The position numbers and the translations under genes were made by a program. A stretch of DNA of 63,846 nt, filler included, from Octopus bimaculoides (taxonomy: Eukaryota), in assembly GCF_001194135.2 (NCBI RefSeq). It is 6 parts of 5 records of this genome, joined end to end, with 100 filler letters (N's around TTAATTAATTAA, not from the genome) between each part and the next. Parts side by side here need not be neighbours in the genome. Positions count along the whole stretch, not along the records: positions 1 to 12,955 come from NC_068987.1; positions 13,056 to 21,416 come from NC_069007.1; 4 more parts are not named here. One strand, written 5' to 3'. This document shows, piece after piece, positions 1 to 13,102 of this stretch. Position 1 is the stretch's first letter. Each line of letters opens with the position of its first letter. Below the pieces are notes generated by a model that searched no databases, was not told the origin of the DNA, and saw only the letters and a program-made list of their open reading frames with translations.

Positions 1-255
1 TGTATGTGTGTGTGTGCGTGTGTGTGTGTGTGTGTGTGTGCGTGTGTGTGTGTATGCATGTATTGTTAAAGGGCGTGTGCGGCAACTACCACTGGTTTTC
101 TGTGTTCTGACCATCGTCTTTATATTCAAATTTTGTGACGATCAGCATGCAAAGAAAACCGCGGTTATATGTTAGCATGAATTTCCTTTTTACCGATATA
201 ATCTCTTTTTTTTTTTTTTGCGACTGATCTGTTAGCTTTTTATCTATGTAAAAAT

Positions 256-575
256 GTGAAGGCGCAATGGCCCAGTGATTAGAGCAGCGGAGTCGAATTG
301 GTAGGGTCGCGGTTTCGAATCCCAGACCGGGCGTTGTGAGTGTCTATTGAGTGAAAACGCCTAAACCTCCACGAGGCTCAGGAATGGGGTGGTGGCGAAA
401 CCTACTGTACTCTTTCACCACAACTTTCTCTCGTTCTTTCTTTCTGTTGCACCTGTATTTCAAAGGGCTGAATCTCCCCGAGAAGTACGTTAAGGGTTTA
501 TGTGTCTGTGGAGTGCTCAACCACATGCACGTAAATTTCACGAACAGGTTGTTCAGTTGATCGGATCAACTGGAT
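256..575 (+). mobile_element. tRNA-derived SINE, family B
   Basis: A-box TGGCCCAGTGA and B-box GGTTTCGAATCCC; homologous to 3449-3792, including the tail GTTGATCGGATCAACTGG. Confidence 0.85.
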
Positions 576-3448
576 GCCACAATGTAGAAATATATTCGAG
601 ATTTTTTTTATCTTTAGACTATTGCAGATAATATATGCGTAACTGCAGGTAACATATTTTTCGTGCATTTAATATTTAATGCTGAAGCTAGAAAACTTCC
701 ATGCCTCTTTGCATCAACTGTGCAAATTTCTAAGTGACCATCTTAATTATATTAATGGGTAACAGCACTAAGCAGTTACAAGTTTAAATATACTTTGGGC
801 GTATTCGAACCTATATTAAAGACATTCTCCGTATTTTATTATGCAGAAAATTTCTTGATAAACAGAAATCCTATATTTAATGTTATCCCATACTTTATCC
901 ACTGCGAGCCGCTGAATAATGTAACCAGTCATTGAACGATGACAGCAGTATCATAAGAGGAATCAGTCTCTTTTGCTGAAGAGGAGGTAACCATTCCGAA
1001 ATGCATGTATTCCATAGTCTGGTTGGGAACGCTGAGAAATGTCTCGGTGTATTTACATATATCTATCAACAGCGAGAAACTTTACGAGTTTGAATATGCC
1101 TCAAGTGTATTTGAACTAGTAACAAGTTTGTACTAAGTATATTATATTTGAAGATTCCATATGAAGAAGGATGGTGAAAGAAAATAGCCTTCATTTCTCA
1201 TTACCAGGGAAGGGTGGGACAAAGAAAAACAGAGCTACTTGTAGTTTAGAAATCAAAACAAAGATGAATTCCTTCAATCCATTTTTCGGTTGTTTCGCGA
1301 AGTTCTTTTGTATTTTTTATTTGGCAAGCTCCACTTGACTGAAAATATAAGTTTCCCCATGTGTAAAAATATAGCTACTGATCTGCAAGCCCGGTTAGAC
1401 GGTAGTCTACGAAGGTAGACAAGTAGAGTGTGTCTGTCTATAGGTGACCTTTTCATACAAAAAAGATTAAATTGTCCGCGAAATTGCAAGTATCCGCCCA
1501 TGAGAACAATTAATAATGATGCACTTTTTATCTCTTAGTGTGTGTGTGTGTGTTTGTGAGTGAGAGAGAGAGAGAGAATTGTTTAGTGCTGGAGAGTCAA
1601 TTTTTTTTTTCGCTTAAGAAGGGAGTGACCGCATTTCTTTTAGGCTGAGATGTAGATTGTCACTGACAGGTCACCGAGATCGTGTAGCGAGGGAAAACTT
1701 ATTTTAATTTAAGGGATTTTGTGTTAGAAAATTTAGTGTCTATTGAAATACCTTCATGCTCCATATTTGCCGATCTTGTGCCTACATTAAACATGGTTAT
1801 CATTATTTGTAATGTAGTTGTTATTGCTTCGTACTCTGCTACACATCGGACAGTCCTTTGATTGTTTCAGTAACATATAGCTTTTCTTTATTCTTCGACT
1901 AAGTTTCTAGAGCCTCGCTCAACATTTCTACATTCCTGGAGAAAAGGATGCCCTGATTTTTTGATACCACAAGTCCTACAGCGCAAGAAAGTGAATTTCG
2001 AGTGAGAGGTAGAGGCAGCATCAGAGAAAAGTCTCCTTGGTAGTTTTGAAAATTACAAGACATAATCAACACTGTGTGATTTGAACTCAGAGTAAATAAG
2101 AGCTGAAATACATAGCAAAAGACATTCTATCCGACTCTTTAATGACTCCGCCAACTCGACCCGCGTATTACAACGTTACTTGAAGTTGATAGACAGTAGT
2201 CAAACACATCAGAACAATGTAGAAGAATACACAAAGAGTGGAAGCGGTACATGCAATATTTATTGTTAGTTAACAAAAATTAATGTGTAAAAATAAAATA
2301 CAGGCAATAACATACTTGTTTGATGCCGTGGTAGACAGAATTCAGATATGGATAATGCTTTTCCTTTGAAACAAACATAATTGTTATATAAGATAATATA
2401 AAATGATTCACATAACTTTCATTATAGTGGCAAAGCTTGATTACAAAAACTCTTTTCAATACAAGTGCTGTGTAACCAGGGTGGGTTAGGGGGTTTAGCA
2501 GAATTTCATACTCTTCCGCTTATAATGCATTTTTCAAAGTGGACAGAATCTACTAATTCAGTGAGATAATTATAAATAAATATTGGTTAATCGTAATTTT
2601 ATTATACATAAATCGAACGTTTAATGAGCGTATTCTTCAAAGAAAACATGTTTATTTATGAAATGATAAATTCTTTCTGAACAAACAAGAATACCTCCCT
2701 TCAGCAAACCAAAGAAACAAAATGAGCCAAAGGAAGTGCATCTACATGGTCGCTCGACCTGCTAGAAATTGTTGGTAAATCGCCCTCGAATTACAATATA
2801 CTCTCTTAAAAATTGGATACAACACATTAGGAGTCTCCGTATGTGACGTTAACCATTTCTTTGCATTGCCTATTTCTCTGCATTTGCAGCTGTAGGTCGT
2901 GGTGCAGATTTTTCGGGAAAGATTAGCAGTTTCCTGTGCATACATATCTCCTTTTTCCATGCCAACGTTGTTGTCAAAGAGAAGGTCCACTACTTTAGAG
3001 ACGATACAGCTTGGCACTTGTGCCATCCTCATCGTTACTCTCAGAAAGAAAAAGACCGAAACTACAAAGCAACTTGTCGGACACTGCTATCTCCGGAAGT
3101 CTCCCACCTGAATCGATACAGTTTATGGCTCCACAAAGGGATGAAAATTCACCACAGTGGGGTTTGCAATCATAGTTTAGAGAGTCGAAACAAGTATTGA
3201 TTTAAAAAGTATGTTGGCATGATGGTTTGTTAGACATAGTAAGTAATGCTGTTTCACACACTCATAAAAGCAAGAGGGTTCGACAGGAGTCGCAGCGCTC
3301 GCTCAGTCTGAAAGCGCAACTGAAACTGCGCAACACCCTTCATTTCCAATACCACATCTCTAAGTAGTCCAATAGTCACCGTTCACATTTTTAAACATTC
3401 CGATGGCAGTATTGCCTATCTTATTCACTGCGTTATATATTGTTGTTA

Positions 3449-3792
3449 GTGGAGGCGCACTGGCCCAGTGGTTAGGGCAGCGGACTCGCGGTCATACAAT
3501 CACGGTTTCGATTCCCAGACCGGGCGTTGTGAGTGTTTATTGAGCGAAAACACCTAAAGCTCTATGAGGCTCCGGCAGGGGATGGTGGGGAACCCTGCTG
3601 TACTCTTCCACCACAACTTTCTCTCACTCTTACTTCCTGTTTCTGTTGTGCTTGTAATTCGAAGGGTCAGCCTTGTCACACGTGTCTGTGGAGTGTCCAG
3701 CCGCTTGCACATTAATTTCACGAGCAGGCTGTTCCGTTGATCGGATCAACTGGAACCCTCGTCGTCGTAAGCGACGGAGTGCCAACAACGAC
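3449..3792 (+). mobile_element. tRNA-derived SINE, family B, full length
   Basis: A-box TGGCCCAGTGG, B-box GGTTTCGATTCCC, CAA-type tail; second copy in the window. Confidence 0.88.
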
Positions 3793-3816
3793 AATATTGT
3801 CGTTAAAATAATGCTA

Positions 3817-4223
3817 GGCGTAGGAGTGGCTGTGTGGTAAGTAGCTTGCTTACCAACCACATGGTTCCGGGTTCAGTCCCACTACGTGGCACCTTTGGCA
3901 AGTGTCTTCTACTATAGCCTCGGGCCGACCAAAGCCTTGTGAGTGGATTTGGTAGACGGAAACTGAAAGAAGTCCGTCGTATATATGTGTATATATGTAT
4001 GTGTGTGTATATGTTTGCGTGTCTGTGTTTGTCCCCCCAACATCGCTTGACAACCGATTCTGGTGTGTTTACGTCCCCGTAACTTAGCGGTTCGGCAAAA
4101 GAGACGATAGAATAAGTACTAGGCTTACAAAGAATAAGTCCTGGGGTCGATTTGCTCGACTAAAGGTGGTGCTCCAGCATGGCCACAGTCAAATGACTGA
4201 AACAAGTAAAAGAGTAAAAGAGT
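3817..4223 (+). mobile_element. tRNA-derived SINE, family A, full length
   Basis: Head GGCGTAGGAGTGGCTGTGTGGTAAG...GGTTCAGTCCC, internal (TATG)-like tract, tail GACTGAAACAAGTAAAAGAGTAAAAGAG; more than 10 copies in the window. Confidence 0.9.
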
Positions 4224-4919
4224 ATATAGATATGGGAGATAGATTCATTGAATATCTACAGAATGTCAGCAGTAACGCAACTGACATCGTAAGACCTACA
4301 GCCTAGCATCTTAAGTCACTTGGTTCTCTGCCACCTCCTCACTCCATAACCACTCTACCCTATAATAGTAAGTAACCAGCAAGTTACCTGAGCAATAATT
4401 TATTCTCTAACACTTCACAGACATTTCGCTTCCATCGAATTCCACCACACATCATACTCCCGATCTACTGTACCTCTTTTAATTTAACGAGTCAGCCTTT
4501 TTATTTCTTTATATTTTTTTTAATTTATATACGTTACTGGTTATCTCACTCTACAGCACCAGCCCTTCTTCCCTAAATCGTTCACAATAGCCAACTACCA
4601 CCCTTATTAACTCGCACTACGCATCCGTCTCGGGTCAGTTTCTCATACCAGCTACATTTTCTCGAACCCCTGACACACTCACACCTCATTTCTTACATCG
4701 CTAATTTATTGTCATCATCTCTTCATCTCATTCCTCTCTGTAATTTTTAAGCGATTGACTTTTTCGAATTTGTCAACCAATATTTGAGCATTTCATTGAA
4801 GGATCTCTCTCCGAATTTTCAAGTATGCTCTATTTCTCTTTTCCTCACATTAGCAATATTGTATATTAATTTGCAAATTTAAGTTCAAATCACAGGAAAA
4901 GACCCCATGAGCCAGTAAT

Positions 4920-5090
4920 TTTCAGTCATTTGACTGCGGCCATGCTGGAGCACCACCTTTAGTCGAACAAATCGACCCCAAGACTTATTCTTTGTAAGCC
5001 TAGTACTTATTCTCTTTAGCCGACCCGTTATGTTACGGGGACGTAAACACACCAATATCGGTTGTCAAGTGATGGTAGGGGGCCAAACAC

Positions 5091-5123
<33 letters not shown>

Positions 5124-5274
5124 CGACTGGCTTCTTTCAGTTTCCGTCTACCAAATCTACTCACAAGGCTTTGGTCGACCCGAGGCTATAGCAGAAGGTG
5201 CCAAGCAGTGGGACTGAACCCGGAACCGTGTGGTTGGGAAGCAAGCTTCTTACTGCACAGCCACTCCTGCGCCT
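4920..5274 (-). mobile_element. SINE family A, near full length, inverted relative to 3817-4223
   Basis: Reverse complement of the family A sequence; followed by a 3'-part copy at ~5311-5480. Confidence 0.88.
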
Positions 5275-6139
5275 TTTGAAAACAAGAATACGTTACATAT
5301 TCTTATATTCTTTTACTTGTTTCAGTCATGTGACTGCGGCCATGTCGGACCACCGTCTTAAAGGGATTTTGTCGAATAAATCGACTCCAGGGCTTATTCT
5401 TTGTAAGCCTAGTACTTATTCTATCGGTTGCCAAGCGATAGTGGAAGGAACAGCACAAGCACAAAGACGCACTCACGCGGACGGGAAATTACCCAGAAAC
5501 CATTGGTCTGTTGGTACTGATACTGGCTAGGAGGTAGTAGTACGCTCCCTTGCTCACACTATATTTCGAACACAGATTGTATGTCGATAACCAGCTGGAA
5601 ATGTTGTTTTCCTGGTGTTAAAAGTTAGTAACATTGTCGTACACAGGACTGCCACCTTACGTTGGCAAATAGATGTTACTATGCAGTATGGTTACTAATT
5701 AGATCTCATTCAGAGATTTAAAACCAGCTGTTTTACCCATTACGAGATCAGTAACTGTCAGTCCCTTGTATATCATGTTTATATATATATATATATATAT
5801 ATNNNNNNNNNNNNNNNNNNNNNNNNNNNNNNNNNNNNNNNNNNNNNNNNNNNNNNNNNNNNNNNNNNNNNNNNNNNNNNNNNNNNNNNNNNNNNNNNNN
5901 NNNNNNNNNNNNNNNNNNNNNNNNNNNNNNNNNNNNNNNNNNNNNNNNNNNNNNNNNNNNNNNNNNNNNNNNNNNNNNNNNNNNNNNNNNNNNNNNNNNN
6001 NNNNNNNNNNNNNNNNNNNNNNNNNNNNNNNNNNNNNNNNNNNNNNNNNNNNNNNNNNNNNNNNNNNNNNNGCCTATGCTCTTCCACACAAAGGAACACA
6101 GAAAGAAACAAGGAGAGAAACACGGAGAGAGAGAAAAAA

Positions 6140-7500
6140 ACAAAGAGAGAATCATTTTATTTATGAGTAATTGATCTTTGCATCTATAAGAATTCCTTTT
6201 ACAACCTTTTTGAGCTTGCGGAAGGATAGAGTTCGGTTCCAGGAAAGTGTATATTCTTTCGTTTAGTATCGATGTGAGGATCTTGTAGGTGATGTTGAAA
6301 CATGTAATCGGTCAGTAATTCTTTGTATTTTTCGTGCCTTCAGTTTTTGGCAGAAGATATGTTGTTTCTTCAATCAGCCAGGCAGGTATTCGCTCTGGGT
6401 TCTGGATTACGTCAGTTAAGGATGCAGCAAAATTTTGGTGTACTTCTGTTAAATAATTCATCCAGAAGTTAGGGATCCGGTCCATTCCTGGAGTTCTTCA
6501 TTTATGAGTCTTTCTAAGTGCATATCTTAGTTTTTCTACTCCTATTGCCTCCCATTTATGCTTTTCGACTTCATCCAATCTCACTTTCTAACGTTCTAGC
6601 CAGTAAGCTTCTTTTTTATCGTTCCATATCTTCTTCCAGAGCTCTTGCATTTCCTCAATGTTAGGTGGCTCCTTTACTTCTATCTTGCTTTTGCCAATTT
6701 CCCTGTAAAATATTTTGCATGTCTTGAATACCTTGTTTTTTTCGATAAAATTTGATTCCTTTGTTATACCTTCTGAGCCGTTGGGCTTTCAGTTGCATTC
6801 GTGGTTTCACTAGTTCCTTGATTGCAGGGAGGTTTATAAAATCTTTGATTTTATATTTTTGCTTGATTTTTCTAGCTTGCTTTGTCTTAACATTTACTCC
6901 TCTAGCAAGTTAATCGGGTACTGATACATCCGCCCGCAAAAATTCGATCTCTTTTTGCATTGCTACTTTCCACTTAAGAGGTTTATTGACATGGTTGGTC
7001 TTTTTCTGTGTGGTCCTGATATCTAATCGAGCAGTTACAACTTTAGCAGTGAAATAGATGAGGTTATTTAAGATTAGGTCGTTTCCCTTATTTCTTAAGA
7101 TCTGTCTAAGAGCAATATTATATACCATGATTGTTATTTTTTGTTGTTTGGGAGCTTTGATAGCGTTTCTCTATTTATCATGTCAGTAAACTCAGTCTTG
7201 CTGAGTTCTCTCATATCCTCTTTTGCTTCTATGATCTCTTTATTATTCACCTCAAATTCTGGTGTTCTTGAGGTAGGTTTACTTCCTCCTCTTTTTCCGC
7301 ATATCTGTTCTTTCTTTAGCTTCCTCGTTGGGATGTACTGCTCGTACACTGGGTTCTGTACATCTGTTACCTATTTCATCTGCAATGTTAATGTTTTCAT
7401 TTGGTCTACCATGGGATATTTGGATCCTAACTTTGCCAATTTCACTGTCAGTTAACCTTTTATTCTTAATGATGTCTCTACGTACATTACTTAATTTATT
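6140..7500 (-). mobile_element. Degenerate R4/Dong-clade non-LTR retrotransposon: N-terminal region and RT subdomains 0-2
   Basis: Minus-strand translation with stops and frameshifts gives TPGMDRIPNFW, PAWLIEETTYLLPK, KNYRPITCFNITYKILTSIL, ILPQAQKGCKRNSYRCKDQLLINKMIL; upstream NNLIYFTAKVVT..W..QKEIEFLR. Confidence 0.85.
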
Positions 7501-7816
7501 TGCATCTGTCTATATATATATATATATATATATATNNNNNNNNNNNNNNNNNNNNNNNNNNNNNNNNNNNNNNNNNNNNNNNNNNNNNNNNNNNNNNNNN
7601 NNNNNNNNNNNNNNNNNNNNNNNNNNNNNNNNNNNNNNNNNNNNNNNNNNNNNNNNNNNNNNNNNNNNNNNNNNNNNNNNNNNNNNNNNNNNNNNNNNNN
7701 NNNNNNNNNNNNNNNNNNNNNNNNNNNNNNNNNNNNNNNNNNNNNNNNNNNNNNNNNNNNNNNNNNNNNNNNNNNNNNNNNNNNNNNNNNNNNNNNNNNN
7801 NNNNNNNNNNNNNNNN

Positions 7817-7864
<48 letters not shown>

Positions 7865-7865
7865 A

Positions 7866-8693
7866 TATTATTATTATTCAGTAGTCTTAATTTTATCATG
7901 TGCTTTCACTGCACTACCGAGCGCAACTCTGTGTGCCTTGGGTGCGTATTGTAGTTTGTTTTGACGCTCTTATTCTTACTGTATTGAAAGTGTTTTACGT
8001 AGGATGTGTGCAGTGCCTAGTAGTGTTATTTTCTGTATGTTATATATATTCGTCAGTCCTGGTAATTTTGTTACGTATTTGTCTAAATATTTTTTTTTAT
8101 CATACCTAAAGGGCCCACTATGATAGGAAATGTTCCTGTTTTTAGACTCTACATTCGAGTTATCTCTATTTCCAGGTCTTTGTATTTTGAAAGTTTCTCC
8201 ATTTCTTTTAGAGAAACATTGTCATCTGCAGGTATTGATACATCAATTAGAAAGCATTATTTTTCTTCATGATCTCTGACAACTGCATGTGGCATATTGG
8301 CCTTAATTTCTCTATCTGTGCGTATTGACATATCCCAGTGTATGGTTGCTTTCTCGTTTTCTGTGACCTTTTCTGGCGTGTACCTATACCATCTGTTTTC
8401 TGTTGTTATTCCATAGTGTTGGCATAGCTTCCAGTGTATGTATGTCCCAGCTCTGTCATGTCTGTGAATATATTCCTTCTTAACCAGGACTGGGCAGCCA
8501 GAGAAATATGATTTATTGTTTCTTGTCCATCTCCACATATTCTGTAGTTACTTATTATGTTTCTTTCCCTTTTTGGTACTTTCTGGTGGGGAGGCTTTGG
8601 TTTTGTGCTGCAATTAAAAATCCTTCCGTCTCTGCTTTGAGTCCTGAGCTTCCCAGTCATTGCTGGGATTTTTGCTTTGTCTAGCTTAATCCA

Positions 8694-8695
<2 letters not shown>
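7866..8695 (-). mobile_element. 5'-truncated R4/Dong-clade element: CCHC knuckle, restriction-like endonuclease, 3' UTR and (AAT)n tail
   Basis: Frameshifted motifs GLKAETEGFLIAAQ, RICGDGQETINHI / SGCPVLVKKEYIHRHD, IHWKLCQHYG, WDMSIRTDREIKAN, LIDVSIPADDN..KE.EKLSKYKDLEIEI, PIIVG.LG, LLGTAHILRKTL; flanked by TAT/CAT microsatellites. Confidence 0.9.
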
Positions 8696-8736
<41 letters not shown>

Positions 8737-8760
8737 CATCATCATCATCATTATTATTAT
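8696..8760. repeat. (TAT)n/(CAT)n microsatellite at the 5' junction of the R4 copy
   Basis: Directly visible. Confidence 0.95.
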
Positions 8761-9044
8761 ATGCTTGACTTTTGCTTTGTTTTTGTACATTATGACTCCA
8801 AGTCTCACCCAGAAGCCTCAAGAGACAACAGGCTAGAAGCTCAAGTTGGGTTTATGACTAGGGTGTCATTTTTGCACACAGTGTTGCCCTAGAAAATACT
8901 TAAGAAATCATAAAAAAATTATAAGCTTGTTTTAAAATGTGAGATTACAGAAACAGTATTTTATGTAGGATATGGATAGTTCCCATGAGCCCTATCTGCC
9001 TTTTGGGGATTTCTTGGTATCTGAGCTAGGTAGAAATCAGACAC

Positions 9045-9048
<4 letters not shown>

Positions 9049-9120
<72 letters not shown>

Positions 9121-9258
9121 TAATAATCCTACGCAAAACACTTTCAATGCAGTAACCATAAGAGCATCACAGCAAACTACAGCACATATCCAAGGCACAC
9201 AGAGCTGCGCTCGGTAGTGAAGTGAATGCACGTTATAAAAATAAAACTACTGAACAAC

Positions 9259-9320
<62 letters not shown>

Positions 9321-9345
9321 TTATTATTATTATCATCTTCATCGT
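9049..9345. repeat. (AAT)n microsatellite split by the R4 insertion
   Basis: Directly visible trinucleotide tracts at 9049-9125 and 9259-9345. Confidence 0.95.
9126..9258 (+). mobile_element. Short 3'-end copy of the same R4/Dong element inside an (AAT)n tract
   Basis: Matches the reverse complement of ~7875-8000 (ATCCTACGCAAAACACTTTCAAT...GCGCTCGGTAGTG...ACTACTGAA); (AAT)n on both sides. Confidence 0.88.
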
Positions 9346-9831
9346 CATGAAGTAATAAACATACAATATAATTATTTTAATTTTGAATTTCGACCGAACA
9401 GTATTTGATGTAACCGGCAATGATCTTGATGGAAGCGCACCTGTATGACCACAGTCTAATTAATGACTGAAAGTTATATAGCATTACAAACCATATACAC
9501 GTATATGGAGTACTGATATTTTAAACTTTTCTTGTTTAATATTTATGTACATACAATTAAATATTATCGAAACTTTCTAAATAATCAATGTGTGTGCGTG
9601 TGCCTGCGCGTGTGCGTATGCGTGTGTCTGTGTATGAATGAGGAATGGTCATACTCAAAGACAGCTTGTAGCCATCCGTACTGAATGTAGTTGTATTATT
9701 GAGAATATGAATGGGTAAATTGTTACTGCGCTTAAGTGGCAGCTGACTATATTACATATGTTCTATTATATAATTGTATGTTTCCAGCTTTTGATTTAAC
9801 TGAGAACAGTTTTAGATTCGGTCGGTATTTT

Positions 9832-10210
9832 GGGGGCTGTGTGGTAAAAAGCTTGCTTCCCAACCGCATCGTTTCGGTTTCAGTACACCTTGAGTGGATT
9901 TAATAATTGGAAACTGAAATAAGGCAGTCTAAATATATATATGTATACATACACGCATGTGTGTATGTTTACTCATGCGTAAATGTTTGTATGTGTATGC
10001 GTGCATGTGCGTGCGTGTGTGTGCATTTTGCTTGCGTCCCACCGCCGCTTAACAACCAGTCTGGGTTTATTTACGTCCCAGTCATCTAGCGGTTCGATAC
10101 AATATACGCCGAGCTTAAAATGTTAGTACTAATTGTTGATTTGTTGAACTAAACCCTCCAAGACGGTACCCCAGCAGGGCCACAGCCCGGTGACTGAAAC
10201 AAGTGAAAGT
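9832..10210 (+). mobile_element. SINE family A, degenerate
   Basis: GGCTGTGTGGTAAAAAGCTTGC head, TTTACGTCCC..TAGCGGTTCG middle, GACTGAAACAAGT tail. Confidence 0.75.
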
Positions 10211-11093
10211 TAAACGATTCCGTTTCCGGTGACGAGTTCTTGCGTAGCATATTCTTCTGCCACAACCCTTCCGTATTTTTTTTTCCTCATTCTCTAACAT
10301 ACACACACACGGAGACGTTTTACATACAGATAATATTGAAAGCATCTTACATACATGAGGCGATATGTCAAGCTGATTTTCATTGCGGTTTCCACTCAAA
10401 AATTGGCCAGACGTTTCCCGTCGTAGATAACATAGGCTTATCTTTTAATATATTATTTCCCTATATAGTAAGTAGCAATTTAATACAAACCCGCGATTGG
10501 TTTCATCTAATCAGGACGCGTAATTGCGTGGGCTAGTTGTAACAAGAGTACTCTTATTTTCATTTCCTTCTCGTCGAATACGTATGCACCGTCTCATGTA
10601 GTCTCTTATATTTTCTGTCAAACGAACACACATCCGCACACAGATTCAGGTAAGTTATATTAGAACAGTAACAAAACTTTGCTGTTATTTCAATGTTGCA
10701 GTTTTCTGAGACCTTTCATAAGACAGTTGTTCGTTTTGGTGTTGCTAAATAAAATGCTTTGCTTTTTTTTTTTCATCTAAGAAAAGACCCATTTATCATT
10801 GTCTTTCATTGAACGTCAGTCTTTAAGTCTCAATTCCCTTCACTGACTTTCATTTAATAAAATTAAAACTAACAGTTTCTTTATTTACTTTATTAGCTTT
10901 TAGATTTTTTTCAAGAAAAATTTTTTAAAAGATACTTAAACATGATGTCGTTTGGAATATATGTTGCAGGCTAGGTAGGGATCTTCCACAATAATGATGA
11001 CGGCCTTTCTTACTCAGAGGAATTTAAATAAAATATCATGACAAAATAAATAAATAATTAGAATTTCGAATCAAAAGCACAAACAAATTTAAA

Positions 11094-11480
11094 TCAAAAC
11101 GTCTGAGGAATGTCGAGACTTACAAAACAAAGGAAAAAATGAAAAAAAGCATTAACACTATATACAATATGAAAATCAAAAATTACAGAAGCATCTTTAG
11201 CTTGATCGATGTCAGTCGATAAGAGCAACAGAGGCCACGACACAGGCATAATCAAAACGCCGATTGCTTTGTCAAGATCCTCGGGATCAGGGAAAATTTG
11301 CTTCAGGAAATTCCTCAAGGAAGAAGGGTAATAGACAATGTATATCACCAGGCAAACGGCGTCCAATACCAATACAGCTTTTAGAAGAAGTGATATAGTT
11401 TTTTTTGAATACAAGGCCATGTTCAAAATGCTCCCATAGACGTATTTCAAAGAGGCTGTGTCCAATGCATAGCAGGCCTC
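11094..11480 (-). pseudogene. Possible decayed class A GPCR fragment (TM2-TM3-like)
   Basis: KKTISLLLKAVLVLDAVCLVIYIVYY resembles the ICL1/TM2 (L..LA..D) pattern, followed by a hydrophobic IGVLIMPVSW; an in-frame stop lies upstream and there is no DRY-like motif. Confidence 0.2.
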
Positions 11481-12699
11481 TTGTTACACATCGGAAAGAA
11501 CATCTGTGAAATGTGAAGTTCGTGCAATATGCGTGTATTACGATATGTGCGTACAAATTTACACAAAATTACTATGAATACTAGGTTTTTCGAAGAAAGG
11601 GCAAAAGAAACTGGCTCCTATCTCCAAATCCAAATTATTAGTGGTCCTGTAAAGATTTCTAAGACGTTCCAAAGTTTCATCATATCTTATTCTTTAGGTA
11701 AATAGATGCATTCACGAAATTTAAAAAAAAACACCCAAAGAAAAAAATACATACGGACATACGAATACACAGAAACATGCACCCACGCATGCGTGACTCT
11801 ATGTTGGGTATACATCTATGGCATATAGATTAGTGGTTACTGTGTTGCACACAGTCTCGCATGATCGTTGTTTGGATTCCCACACCAGGTGGTGGATTAT
11901 GTTCTAGAGCATAAAACTCCATTCCAGATTGCTCATCGATCGTTTACCTCATCGATCGTCTACGACCGGCTATTCTAATGCGTGTTTGTGTGTGTGTGTG
12001 TGTGTGTGCGGGTGTATGTGTGTGTGCCTGTGTGTGCCTGTGTGTGCGTGCGCGTGTATGTGTGTGCGTGTGTGTGCGTGTTTGTGTGGGTGTATGTGTG
12101 TGTGTATAATATAGACGTTTAAATTTTACAACTGTTACGGTAGTATTTCATTTGGTTAATGCAGTCATTAAAAAATGCATCATAATATTAAATCCACCAT
12201 CATCAGGTAAAATTTTAACCAGGTAAGATTATATATTTTAGACAAGATTCGTTCAACTAGTGATTCATTTAAGTTTTACATTCGAATATGTACACGATAA
12301 TTAGAAGGTGCGTTGTAAAACAGCAACATGATAAGAGACACACCATATATACGTACAATCTAAATTCGGCGTATTTAAATTAGTTTAAGGTTTAACAATG
12401 ACGCCAAATATCAAGTAATCAGTGAACAAAGCGTTGACATGGGTCGTAAGGAAAAAGTCATCGAGACCTTAGCAGATATATTATCAGTTAGAGGCAAGAT
12501 GTCACACAGTTCAACAATCAATGACATCAAACACGAAATATCTCAACATTCACCTATTCTCATTCACACGTATATACAATAAGGAAATACTCAATTACAT
12601 ATATCTATATGCACGTATACACTCACACACACAAGATTACACAGAGAGACACACACATGTATGTCTCTGTGTGCGTTTATCCCCCCACCCCACCCCATC

Positions 12700-12865
12700 A
12701 TTTCACAACTGATGCTGGTGTGTTTACGTCCCCGTAATCTAGCGGACCGGCAAAATTGAGCGATGGAATAAGTATTAGGCTTGGGGTACATTTGTTCGAC
12801 TAAAGGCGATACTCGGGCATGGCCGCAGTCAAATTACTGAAGCAAGCAAAAGAATAACAGAATAC
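12700..12865 (+). mobile_element. SINE family A, 3' half
   Basis: GGTGTGTTTACGTCCCCGTAA...CATGGCCGCAGTCAAA..CTGAAGCAAG. Confidence 0.75.
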
Positions 12866-12914
12866 ATGTATATATATATACATATATGTGTGTGTGTATA
12901 TATATGTGTGTGTG

Positions 12915-12955
<41 letters not shown>

Positions 12956-13055
12956 NNNNNNNNNNNNNNNNNNNNNNNNNNNNNNNNNNNNNNNNNNNNT
13001 TAATTAATTAANNNNNNNNNNNNNNNNNNNNNNNNNNNNNNNNNNNNNNNNNNNN
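12956..13055. other. Artificial scaffold linker N44-TTAATTAATTAA-N44
   Basis: Exactly 100 bp; 12-mer at 13000-13011; identical at five sites. Confidence 0.95.

Positions 13056-13102
<47 letters not shown>

Noticed and set aside
976-1015. Hammerhead-like CTGAAGA-GGAG..TTCC-GAAATGCAT
   Set aside because: Core and stem II are plausible, but no stem I pairing can be formed and the triplet ends in G.
13000-13011. TTAATTAATTAA as a biological palindromic site
   Set aside because: Always centred in exactly 44+44 N; an assembly or concatenation spacer.
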